From a virus: a stretch of 64,000 nucleotides of DNA. The translations under genes and the position numbers were made by a program. Below, piece by piece: positions 39,216 through 47,726 of the stretch; within the stretch, counting starts at the first letter, position 1, and every line of letters starts with the position of its first letter. The DNA lies in IMG/VR virus record IMGVR_UViG_3300030110_003594, positions 55,869 through 119,868 of that record; one strand, written 5' to 3'. The notes under the pieces are model-generated. The model searched no databases and had not been told where the DNA came from. It saw only the letters and a program-made list of their open reading frames with translations.

Positions 39216-39690
39216 AGACTTCTCCTAATCCTTAAAGACTGATTATACTTACCTGTATAATAAACTCACTCAAACTATGAATACATACTGACTGTGAAGA
39301 ATCAACTCTATCTTGACTGATATGAGTTCATCCACCATAAGATATGTATTCATACTGTGGGTTACATCCACATCCACAACCATTATGGTTACACAACCAT
39401 GATAAATGAAAAGAATGTGGTTAAAAAAATTAAAATGTGTGTTAATTTGTGAGAGTGTGGTCAATTATACCACAAAACACCACTTATTACCACATTGACA
39501 ACTGTTATTGACAGTAATATATAATATAGCTATCATGAGAGTAATGAACATAGGATGAGTAGAAATACAATTGTCTACCTATAATATGATCTCCTTGACA
39601 TACTCTTATGTATAGTTATTATGTTATCTCTCTATAGGATGAGAGTATTAATCACCGTAACATTAATAAAATCCAGTGGATAATACTGGT
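39200..39690. other. Non-coding hairpin-dense region (possible ncRNA, origin or ssDNA signals)
   Basis: At least 8 inverted repeats, including the perfect 12-bp TATGAATACATA/TATGTATTCATA pair. Confidence 0.5.
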
Positions 39691-39698
39691 ATAATAAA

Positions 39699-39920
39699 TT
39701 GAACAAAGAAAAAAAATTTACATCTTATGATTCACAAGGACCAACAGATTTTGATATTGTTGGATTCCATTCAGATACAATAGAAGACATATTAAAACTA
39801 ATAGATTTATTACAAATACTAAAGTTTGAATCTTTAACTATACCATCTGAAAAACTAGATGAGATAAAACATTACACATTAAAGTTACAAAGATATGTAG
39901 ATCCATCTATAAAACAGTAA
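39699..39920 (+). CDS. Early hypothetical protein (no alanine)
   Basis: 73 aa, TTG start. Confidence 0.5.
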   Translation: MNKEKKFTSYDSQGPTDFDIVGFHSDTIEDILKLIDLLQILKFESLTIPSEKLDEIKHYTLKLQRYVDPSIKQ

Positions 39921-39961
39921 AACAACTCACTTAAATTATTAATCAATTAAATTAAACTGAC

Positions 39962-40315
39962 ATGAAAAAATTCATTAAATATAGTATCCTTAACGTATTG
40001 GGAAGAGATATTATGATTCACATCGTATTACCTGTATCAATGGTAGTATTAGGAATATTAGGTTACACTTGTAATTTACATACTGATCATTATATGATAG
40101 GTATGTTTAGTACATTAGTAGTTGCACTTGGAACAATAAACTATTTCAATTACACATCGTATCCAAAAAATCACAGAATGGAACTCCACTTTGAGTGGTT
40201 ACCAGTATTTGGTTTAGGAATAGTATTTGATAAAATGGTTGGTATTATACTACCATTTTGTATGATTGGAATAAACTTTAGTAATTTGTATAACTATAAA
40301 CGTAAATTAATATGA
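39962..40315 (+). CDS. Early membrane protein
   Basis: 117 aa with 3-4 hydrophobic segments. Confidence 0.65.
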   Translation: MKKFIKYSILNVLGRDIMIHIVLPVSMVVLGILGYTCNLHTDHYMIGMFSTLVVALGTINYFNYTSYPKNHRMELHFEWLPVFGLGIVFDKMVGIILPFCMIGINFSNLYNYKRKLI

Positions 40316-40560
40316 AAAAAATAAAAGAAATGGTGGCACCTGTGAAGATATTCATGAGTGTCATCGTCTCAGTTTTACTGGGATTAGGAACTGTAACGGT
40401 ATTAATTCCTGTTACATATCTATACAATATAGATATTGATACAGCAAGAATGATATACCTAATGATTACAATAGTATATTTTATATCAACAATTTTATAT
40501 GTATTCAATTTTAAATTGATGTATGAAAGATATAAATATAATAAAACACGTGGAAAATGA
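40312..40560 (+). CDS. Early two-TM membrane protein
   Basis: 82 aa, ATGA coupling on both sides. Confidence 0.65.
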   Translation: MKKIKEMVAPVKIFMSVIVSVLLGLGTVTVLIPVTYLYNIDIDTARMIYLMITIVYFISTILYVFNFKLMYERYKYNKTRGK

Positions 40561-41168
40561 TAGAGGTTATTAAGAGGTTATTTAATAATGAGAAGGAGGA
40601 TACTAATCTTCCTTCTCTTTCTAATCTAGATCAGAGTGGAGCGTGGAATATGGAAAATCTAAAATTACAAGTTGATGATGAAAAGGAAGGAATTAATATG
40701 AAAAGAATTATGACATTTGAAAATGGTAAATTATTTAGAGGTCATGGTGGTGGTATTCATAAAATAGGAAATTCATTATCACTTGTAAATTGTTACTGGA
40801 CGGATGTAGTTGTACAAAACTATTGTACAAAAACTAATGTAACTAACACTGAATATAGTGTAGATTCTGGTAGTCATCCAAAATATATAAGAAAAATTAT
40901 GGATAATTTAAATCATGATTATTATAAATTTGAATTGGATGATGTTACTATAAATGTTTATGATTGGTCAATTAGAGTTACTAAAAAAGTTAAATATGAT
41001 GGATTAGAGTTTAAAGATCATTGGGATAATATCAATGAACTTAAACAATTAAGATTTTTTATAAGGAGAATTAAAGATGTAATGAAAAATCACCATAATA
41101 TATTTGATAAAATAGGTAAATTAAATAATGACAGAAATTGTGTAATAATAAATGATCTAAACATATGA
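40557..41168 (+). CDS. Early hypothetical protein
   Basis: 203 aa, ATGA-coupled, with a single Ala. Confidence 0.7.
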   Translation: MIEVIKRLFNNEKEDTNLPSLSNLDQSGAWNMENLKLQVDDEKEGINMKRIMTFENGKLFRGHGGGIHKIGNSLSLVNCYWTDVVVQNYCTKTNVTNTEYSVDSGSHPKYIRKIMDNLNHDYYKFELDDVTINVYDWSIRVTKKVKYDGLEFKDHWDNINELKQLRFFIRRIKDVMKNHHNIFDKIGKLNNDRNCVIINDLNI

Positions 41169-41269
41169 TAGATAAAAGAAGATACAGAAATGCAATGATA
41201 GGAGCAGCAGTAGGATATGTAGGATTAATATTAACACTTGTAGTTATAATAATAATGGCTCAATTGTGA
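41165..41269 (+). CDS. 34-aa single-TM peptide (MIDKRRYRNAMIGAAVGYVGLILTLVVIIIMAQL)
   Basis: Translated by hand. ATGA overlap with the upstream stop. Confidence 0.5.
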   Translation: MIDKRRYRNAMIGAAVGYVGLILTLVVIIIMAQL

Positions 41270-41350
41270 CCTACATAACAACACAAGTATATTTTATTAG
41301 ATATACTTGTATTAGATTTAGTAGTCAGTATGATTATTAAGTTTGAGTGA

Positions 41351-41398
41351 GAGGAAATAAGGAAGTGGTATTAAGTTATCACTTCCTATTTCTATTTT
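41351..41398 (+). terminator. Hairpin/terminator
   Basis: GAAATAAGGAAGTGGTA...TATCACTTCCTATTTC stem followed by T-rich sequence. Confidence 0.55.
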
Positions 41399-41423
41399 AT
41401 TAACCAAAACAAGTATTACGGCT

Positions 41424-41651
41424 ATGGCAGAATTACAATATAATGAATTATTTAATTGGTGTGTTGAACTATTATTATGGTTAGCATACATGACAGGAAC
41501 TACATATGAAGAGATAAATGTGATAATATTTATAATTGTTGGACCAATTATCTTCTCATTATTAGTAATGTATTCAATATTTATAACATATAAATACCAA
41601 CAACTTAAAAAGGATCTAGACTTAGATGATGGAGGATTATATAAAATGTAA
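41424..41651 (+). CDS. Small membrane protein
   Basis: GTTYEEINVIIF followed by a TM helix. Confidence 0.65.
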   Translation: MAELQYNELFNWCVELLLWLAYMTGTTYEEINVIIFIIVGPIIFSLLVMYSIFITYKYQQLKKDLDLDDGGLYKM

Positions 41652-41653
41652 AT

Positions 41654-41806
41654 ATGGAAGACTTAAAAGAAAAATATAAACCAGAAGTTTTAAAGACAGT
41701 TGGTCAACCCAAACCTAATTGGTTATATAAACCAGAGGTTAAACCAAGGATTTGGGTTACCAAAGAGTCTTTGAAACATCTTAAAAAAAATAAAAAAAAT
41801 GTTTAA
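41654..41806 (+). CDS. 50-aa basic hypothetical protein
   Basis: Translated by hand (MEDLKEKYKPEV...YKPEVKP...). Fills the gap between ORFs. Confidence 0.45.
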   Translation: MEDLKEKYKPEVLKTVGQPKPNWLYKPEVKPRIWVTKESLKHLKKNKKNV

Positions 41807-42032
41807 AGAATTATTAAAATGGTTAGGTGCTTACTATTTGGTGTTATTAGGAGCAGGAATTATGTTATGTATGACATCATGTGGAATGAGCCAATTAACT
41901 ATTCAACAACAAAGAGATCTAATAAAAATAGATAGGGAATTAAGTGAACTATGGAATGATTATGAATACGCATCTGATAGTTTATGGATTGAAAGAGATA
42001 AAATATTAAAATCTAATAAAATTAAGAAATAA
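41799..42032 (+). CDS. Putative lipoprotein
   Basis: Hydrophobic N-terminus ending in MTSC (lipobox-like). Confidence 0.55.
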   Translation: MFKELLKWLGAYYLVLLGAGIMLCMTSCGMSQLTIQQQRDLIKIDRELSELWNDYEYASDSLWIERDKILKSNKIKK

Positions 42033-42250
42033 TGGCAAAGAAAATAAATGAAGTGTGGTATGCATATAATGCAAAGGGACAAAAAATACCACCATATAAG
42101 AGTACTTATACAGATCGTGGTCCTAAAACCTTAATAGGTAAAATGTGGAAAGTATATAAACAAAACTGGATTGAATTAACAGTAACATTTATAGTTGGAA
42201 TTTTAATACTTAGTGCATTAATGTATGGATTTTTACAATTAATCTCATGA
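42032..42250 (+). CDS. Small membrane protein
   Basis: C-terminal TM helix. Confidence 0.6.
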   Translation: MAKKINEVWYAYNAKGQKIPPYKSTYTDRGPKTLIGKMWKVYKQNWIELTVTFIVGILILSALMYGFLQLIS

Positions 42251-42723
42251 GTAGGAATATAACACTTGATGATAATAAAATTAAATTATTAATCAAGAAA
42301 ATATTCAGTAAAGATTATAAAGATACAGTAATTGTTGATGCATTAGTTAAAATGTTAGGTGATTCATCTTTAGATATGTTAATACATATTATGTTTAACA
42401 CTGATTATAAACTTTTAGAAGTTGGTGATATTGTAAAGTTTAAACCTGGTAAGTATGATTATGAAAATCATGATAAAGATATTATGATTGATAAAGGTAT
42501 TATGTCTAAAGATGGATTTATGTATGGTGAAATAATAGGTGACAGTGGATATGGTGATGATTTTAATCCAACTCATTATAAAATGAAAGTTTGTGTTTTT
42601 TTATGTGATGGAGATCAAATAATAATGAAAGATAATGAAGTAAAAACATTAGATTGTATAAAAATTGATCCAAATAATATAAAATATAATAAATTAATGA
42701 ATATTTATAATGAAAAAGTTTAG
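42247..42723 (+). CDS. Hypothetical protein
   Basis: 158 aa, coupled to its neighbours. Confidence 0.65.
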   Translation: MSRNITLDDNKIKLLIKKIFSKDYKDTVIVDALVKMLGDSSLDMLIHIMFNTDYKLLEVGDIVKFKPGKYDYENHDKDIMIDKGIMSKDGFMYGEIIGDSGYGDDFNPTHYKMKVCVFLCDGDQIIMKDNEVKTLDCIKIDPNNIKYNKLMNIYNEKV

Positions 42724-42958
42724 GTTTGGTATAGTATCGTATGATGTAATTAGTGATCCAGAATTATCAAGAAATGCAAAAGCAATTTATACTGTATTAG
42801 CAGTACATTGTAACAAAGAACGTACTTGTTTTCCTTCAAATAGTACTATGGCTGATTTACTTAATGTTAGTTATAGTACTATTAAAAGGGGAATAAAAGA
42901 ATTAAAACAAGCAAAGTGTATAACAAGAGATGGTAAAATAATAAAATTAATCAAATGA
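42710..42958 (+). CDS. Winged HTH DNA-binding protein
   Basis: LSRNAKAIYTVL, FPSNSTMADLLNVSYSTIKRGIKEL. Confidence 0.8.
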   Translation: MKKFRFGIVSYDVISDPELSRNAKAIYTVLAVHCNKERTCFPSNSTMADLLNVSYSTIKRGIKELKQAKCITRDGKIIKLIK

Positions 42959-43566
42959 AAAAAATAATTAAATCAGTTGGCTTCTTTATATTAGGAGCAT
43001 TAAGTATAACAATATGGTATGGTTGTGAAACAATGACAGTTAATGAACCTACTACGTGTCTAATATATGGTGACACAAGAGAATTAACAGATACAGTATA
43101 TTTATATGACAATGGAAGACATGTAGATATAATATTAGATGAAGGAAATGGAAGATTTGCAGGATTTGGATGGGGATCAGAAACATTTTATTTAAAAGTT
43201 CCAACTTGGGATGATTTAACATATAGAGCAGTTTACAATGCAACAAAGAAAAATAATAAAACATTAATGCATGTAAAAGAAAATCTTATAAAATCTGAAG
43301 ATTGGGTAGCTATACCTGTTACTGAAGAACAAGTTGATGAATTATGGGATAATATATTTAGATCATTTGATCTAGATAGTGTTGGTAAATTAAAATTTGT
43401 ACAAAATGGATATGGTGAACATGATAAATTTTATAAAGCAAAAGGATCCTATAGTTTAAACTATACTTGCAATAGTTGGGCTAATGATATGTTGAAAAAA
43501 AGTGGCATTTATGCAAGAAAACACGCAATATTTAGTGAAGAAGTAATAGATATTCATAGAAAATAA
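42955..43566 (+). CDS. DUF2459-like exported protein
   Basis: Signal/lipobox-like N-terminus, NGRHVDIIL, FGWGSETFY, YSLNYTCNSW. Confidence 0.65.
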   Translation: MKKIIKSVGFFILGALSITIWYGCETMTVNEPTTCLIYGDTRELTDTVYLYDNGRHVDIILDEGNGRFAGFGWGSETFYLKVPTWDDLTYRAVYNATKKNNKTLMHVKENLIKSEDWVAIPVTEEQVDELWDNIFRSFDLDSVGKLKFVQNGYGEHDKFYKAKGSYSLNYTCNSWANDMLKKSGIYARKHAIFSEEVIDIHRK

Positions 43567-43571
43567 CTATG

Positions 43572-43649
43572 GATAGCTATACTTCTCACAACTAATTTTA
43601 TTGAGGGAGTAAAATTAGGTAAAAGGGACATGTATTTTTCTTACTTTTG
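43572..43649 (+). promoter_or_regulatory. GATAGCTATA motif plus TACTTTTG (-7 box)
   Basis: Motif at 43572-43581 and TAnnTTTG at 43642-43649, upstream of ATG 43654. Confidence 0.55.
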
Positions 43650-43653
43650 TTGA

Positions 43654-43944
43654 ATGATTTATCAATTACCAAACGGAAGAATAATACACATGTCTCTTGA
43701 ACAATATCTTGATCTTACAGATGAAGATATTCAAGAGTTGAACTGTTTAGGTAATGAATTTACAAGTGAAGTAAATGATCCTTTCTTTAGATCAGAACTT
43801 TCAAAAGGAACAACTAGAAGCCCTAAGAATATTCAATACACAGCTGATGAACAATATCCTGCTAAAGAACATGAACCGGATCTATCAGAGATTCCTGACA
43901 TAGATAAATTAGAAGATACATATTTTCATCCTGATGATATTTAA
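43654..43944 (+). CDS. Acidic hypothetical protein
   Basis: MIYQLPNGRII..., 96 aa. Confidence 0.7.
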   Translation: MIYQLPNGRIIHMSLEQYLDLTDEDIQELNCLGNEFTSEVNDPFFRSELSKGTTRSPKNIQYTADEQYPAKEHEPDLSEIPDIDKLEDTYFHPDDI

Positions 43945-43991
43945 TATATAATCAAAACAATTTTATTAATTAATTTAAAAACCAATTTGAC

Positions 43992-44606
43992 ATGACAGAA
44001 AATGGTAAAGTTACTATTGTGCCTGATGAGCACGGTAGTGTAATTAGAGTATCTAAAAATAACCCAGAATTTGGGCACGTTAGACTAACTCAAGAAAAAG
44101 TAGCATTTGGAGCCCAAGGATGGGTAAATAAAAAAACAAGAAGTACATTAATACATGGTACTGTAGAAGATTTACAATCAATAGGTATTGCTGATAAAAC
44201 AGAACTACCTGGACATATTGTTATAAGAGAACAATTTGAAGCATTTAGTAATGATAATCCTGATAGAGATTTAAAAATAGCAGGTGATACTGGTGTTGTA
44301 TGTATAGGAACAAACATTGAGACAGGAGAAATAGATGCTCCTATATATAGAAAAACATTTTATTCAATGGATCTTAATGAACAAGATACTTTAATAGCAC
44401 ATACTAATAGTGATGCAATAAGAGCAGCTAATGGTAATGAGTCAAAGAAAGTAACTATTACTAAAGATCAGTTAGATGAAATGACTTCTAATGATGAAGA
44501 AGAAAAACCTAAATCAACTAGAAGAAATAAAAAAGAAGAAACTGAAGACTTAGAAGAAACTCCAACTGAAGAAGTTGAAGTAGAAGATAGTTCATTTGAA
44601 CTTTAA
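43992..44606 (+). CDS. Hypothetical protein with acidic tail (possible ssDNA-binding)
   Basis: Beta-rich core and an acidic C-terminus ending SSFEL. Confidence 0.6.
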   Translation: MTENGKVTIVPDEHGSVIRVSKNNPEFGHVRLTQEKVAFGAQGWVNKKTRSTLIHGTVEDLQSIGIADKTELPGHIVIREQFEAFSNDNPDRDLKIAGDTGVVCIGTNIETGEIDAPIYRKTFYSMDLNEQDTLIAHTNSDAIRAANGNESKKVTITKDQLDEMTSNDEEEKPKSTRRNKKEETEDLEETPTEEVEVEDSSFEL

Positions 44607-44628
44607 ACCATCTTCAATACTTGTTTTG

Positions 44629-44663
44629 AAAGAGAGGCCTTAATTGGTCTCTCTTTTTTTTTT
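44629..44663 (+). terminator. Intrinsic terminator
   Basis: AGAGAGGCC/GGTCTCTCT stem plus a long T-tract. Confidence 0.85.
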
Positions 44664-44700
44664 AACTCACTTAATAATAACTTAATAACAACTTAAAATT

Positions 44701-45177
44701 ATGTTTACTGATGAACAACTTACAAAATTAAAAAAGTCACAGGATACTGTGCAACTTCATAGACTAGGTATATTAGATCAATATAATAGTTATGATTTTA
44801 AAATTGATTATAGCAAATTAAATCCTCAACAACATTTCTTATTTAAAAGAGTGTTACATGGATTAAAGTTATATAAAAAAGAAGAAATTGATAAAATGCA
44901 TTGGGACAAGAAGAGAAGGATAATTAAAGTATGGAAAAGATCCCAAAATGTTATCAACAAATGGAAACAATGGTTAAATCATAAGAAAGCTAATGCAATT
45001 TTTGCTATATTTGAAAATAGTAAAGATGCACAGGCTTTAATAAAAGTTCCATTTGAATATATGCCAGATTATAAGAACAAAATGAGTCTTAAACAATGTG
45101 GTATAGAATATGAGCATCTTATAGTAAAGTTTATTGATGAGGGATTATTACCTCGTAATTATTTTGAAATAAAATGA
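44701..45177 (+). CDS. Hypothetical protein
   Basis: 158-aa basic ORF. Confidence 0.7.
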   Translation: MFTDEQLTKLKKSQDTVQLHRLGILDQYNSYDFKIDYSKLNPQQHFLFKRVLHGLKLYKKEEIDKMHWDKKRRIIKVWKRSQNVINKWKQWLNHKKANAIFAIFENSKDAQALIKVPFEYMPDYKNKMSLKQCGIEYEHLIVKFIDEGLLPRNYFEIK

Positions 45178-45437
45178 ATAATCAATCTAAAAAGATGTCT
45201 AAGAAGAATAGAGAATATTCTAAACTTAGAAAAGTGTTTCTTACAGATAAACCTAATTGCATGGCCAGCATACCTGGCTGTGCATTAAGGGCATCTGAAG
45301 TACATCACAAAAAAGGGCGTGGTGAATACCATAATGATATGTCAACATGGTTATCTGTTTGTAGATCATGTCATGATTGGATAGAAACACATCCTGAACA
45401 AGCAATAGAATTAGGTTTATCAATAAAAAGAAATTAA
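45174..45437 (+). CDS. HNH-type nuclease
   Basis: C...C, EVHHKKGR, CRSCHDWIE. Confidence 0.8.
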   Translation: MNNQSKKMSKKNREYSKLRKVFLTDKPNCMASIPGCALRASEVHHKKGRGEYHNDMSTWLSVCRSCHDWIETHPEQAIELGLSIKRN

Positions 45438-46531
45438 TGAGAGAAGAAGTTCAAGAAAAGGCATTAGATTTAGCCATAAATAATAAAAGATGTGGGTTAG
45501 GTATATCAATGGGTGTTGGTAAAACTAGAATAGCAATACAACACTTAATGAAAAACTACAATCCCTTTATACAAGTATTAGTAGTTGTTCCAAAGTTAAC
45601 TGTAAAAGAATCTTGGGAAAAAGAGTTAATTAAAATGGAATTGTTTATGCAATTAGATGAACATATTACATTTAGTACATATTTATCTATTAATAAACAT
45701 AATCCTAATGATTATGATATTGTTTATTTAGATGAATGTCATAGTTTATTGGAAAATCATGAAGAGTTTTTATCAAGTTTTAAAGGTAAAATATTAGGTT
45801 TAACTGGTACTCCACCTAGAAAAGGAACTGAAAAATATAAAATGGTCAATAAATATTGTCCTATTGTATATAATTTTAGTGTTGATGAAGCAACAGATGG
45901 TGATATATTAAATGATTATCAAATTGTAGTTCATGAATTACAACTATCAAAATTAAAAACACATCCAAAGAAAAATAAGGATGGTGGCAAATGGTATACA
46001 TCAGAGAAAGCAGACTATGATTATTTCACAGCAAGAGTTGGAGATGCACAAACTCAAAAACAAAAACAATTCTCATCTATTATGAGAATGAAAGCTATGA
46101 TGGATTATGGTACTAAAGAAGCTTATGCTAAAGGTTTATTAAAAAATATTAATCAGAAATGTTTAGTATTTGCTAATACACAAAAGCAAGCTGATAGAAT
46201 GTGTACACATAGTTATCACTCAGGTAATAAAAAATCTGAAGATAACTTACAACTATTTAGTGATGGAAGAATAGATAAAATGTCATGCGTACTTCAATTA
46301 AGTGAAGGTGTTACTATACCAGGACTTAAACAAGGTATAATTATGCATGCATATGGTAATGAAAGAAAAACTTCTCAAAGAATTGGAAGACTTTTAAGAT
46401 TATTACCAAATGAGAAAGCAACATGTCATATATTATGTTATAAAAACACAATAGATGTTAAATGGGTTAACTCAGCATTATCTACATTTGATCAAGAAAA
46501 GATTAAATATTATAATCCATTAGAAAGATAA
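45437..46531 (+). CDS. SF2 (DExH) helicase
   Basis: MGVGKT, DECH, LTGT and QRIGRLLR. Confidence 0.9.
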   Translation: MREEVQEKALDLAINNKRCGLGISMGVGKTRIAIQHLMKNYNPFIQVLVVVPKLTVKESWEKELIKMELFMQLDEHITFSTYLSINKHNPNDYDIVYLDECHSLLENHEEFLSSFKGKILGLTGTPPRKGTEKYKMVNKYCPIVYNFSVDEATDGDILNDYQIVVHELQLSKLKTHPKKNKDGGKWYTSEKADYDYFTARVGDAQTQKQKQFSSIMRMKAMMDYGTKEAYAKGLLKNINQKCLVFANTQKQADRMCTHSYHSGNKKSEDNLQLFSDGRIDKMSCVLQLSEGVTIPGLKQGIIMHAYGNERKTSQRIGRLLRLLPNEKATCHILCYKNTIDVKWVNSALSTFDQEKIKYYNPLER

Positions 46532-46547
46532 ATTAAAAATAATTAAA

Positions 46548-46751
46548 ATGATTAAAGATAGAATGGGCAAAATGAAACAACTACAACAAGCAATGCTTGA
46601 AGATAATTGGAAAGGAACTCCTGAAGATTATCTTAAATGGTGGATCAATAAAGAATCCAAAAAAATTGATAAAAGAAATGAAAATAATAATAGCAATACT
46701 GATTCTAATAATAATATTTGTAATGAATCAGAAAGAAAATCTATAAAATAA
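46548..46751 (+). CDS. Hypothetical protein
   Basis: 67 aa with an A-rich leader. Confidence 0.5.
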   Translation: MIKDRMGKMKQLQQAMLEDNWKGTPEDYLKWWINKESKKIDKRNENNNSNTDSNNNICNESERKSIK

Positions 46752-47149
46752 TGGAAGTATATTATATTATAGGTTTTGTCATAGTTTATATAGTAGGAAT
46801 AACAACAGGTATGTATGCAGCATCTCAAGTGGAAAAGAAAATAGAAAAAAGAATTAAAAGAGATGTGCATATACCTCGTTATATAAGTGTATCTTATATA
46901 GAACAAGCACCTCAATGGTTTTATGGAATGTATTTATATTCTAGTAAAAACACGGGACATTATAAAAAATTCAGTGATATTAAAGAAGCAAATATAGTTT
47001 TAGAAGCTATGGGTTGTGATATTAAATTACCTGAATATTTTTATAAAAATGATGGAGAAAAGAAGTTACAGATAATTAAAACAAAGTTTAATAAAGCAAA
47101 TCATGGTGAATGTGTATTTGACTATGATGATTGCATGGATATATCTTAA
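46751..47149 (+). CDS. Membrane-anchored hypothetical protein
   Basis: N-terminal TM helix. Confidence 0.6.
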   Translation: MEVYYIIGFVIVYIVGITTGMYAASQVEKKIEKRIKRDVHIPRYISVSYIEQAPQWFYGMYLYSSKNTGHYKKFSDIKEANIVLEAMGCDIKLPEYFYKNDGEKKLQIIKTKFNKANHGECVFDYDDCMDIS

Positions 47150-47159
47150 ATAAATAATT

Positions 47160-47726
47160 ATGAAAAAGAATCTTATAGTAGTATTTACAACAGTATTTGT
47201 CTTAGGAGTATTAAATGTATTTCAAGATAATCATAGAGAGAAAGTTATAAAAAATAAAGTTATTCAATTTTATTATAAGCAAGCAATTAAAACAGACTCA
47301 TTATATCAAAATTGTATAGATTCTTTAACAATAAATAGAGATTCATTATTAATTATAAATGATTCTTTAAGAAGAGTAATTTCAAAATTAGAATCTAATA
47401 CTATAACTGTTACTGCAACTATGTATCATCCTGTTCTTGGACAGTGTGATGCTACACCAGATATAACAGCTGATCAGTCAAAAATACCTGATGTAGATAG
47501 TTGTAGTCATTTAAATTGGATTGCAGTGAGTCAAGATCTTTTATGGTTCAATGGTGGACCATTTCGTTATGGAGATAGAGTTGTTGTAAGTAATGCGGGA
47601 CATAAAAATGGTGTATATACAATACGTGATGCAATGAATAAAAGATTTACATATAAAATAGATTTTTTAGAAAGTGTAAATACACGTGGTTATAGATATG
47701 ATGATGTAGTAATGGCAAAATTATGA
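47160..47726 (+). CDS. 3D-domain (MltA-like) cell wall hydrolase with signal anchor
   Basis: VTATMY, ITAD, IAVSQD, IRD...KIDF pattern after a TM segment and coiled coil. Confidence 0.75.
   Translation: MKKNLIVVFTTVFVLGVLNVFQDNHREKVIKNKVIQFYYKQAIKTDSLYQNCIDSLTINRDSLLIINDSLRRVISKLESNTITVTATMYHPVLGQCDATPDITADQSKIPDVDSCSHLNWIAVSQDLLWFNGGPFRYGDRVVVSNAGHKNGVYTIRDAMNKRFTYKIDFLESVNTRGYRYDDVVMAKL

Noticed and set aside
39270-39464. 64-aa minus-strand ORF in the hairpin region
   Set aside because: Non-ATG start, no recognisable features, and opposite to the local gene direction. Structure explains the region better, though the ORF cannot be fully excluded.
39355-39500. Mini-CRISPR array (TGTGG/ACCAC repeats)
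   Set aside because: Repeats are only 5-6 nt, irregularly spaced and in both orientations.
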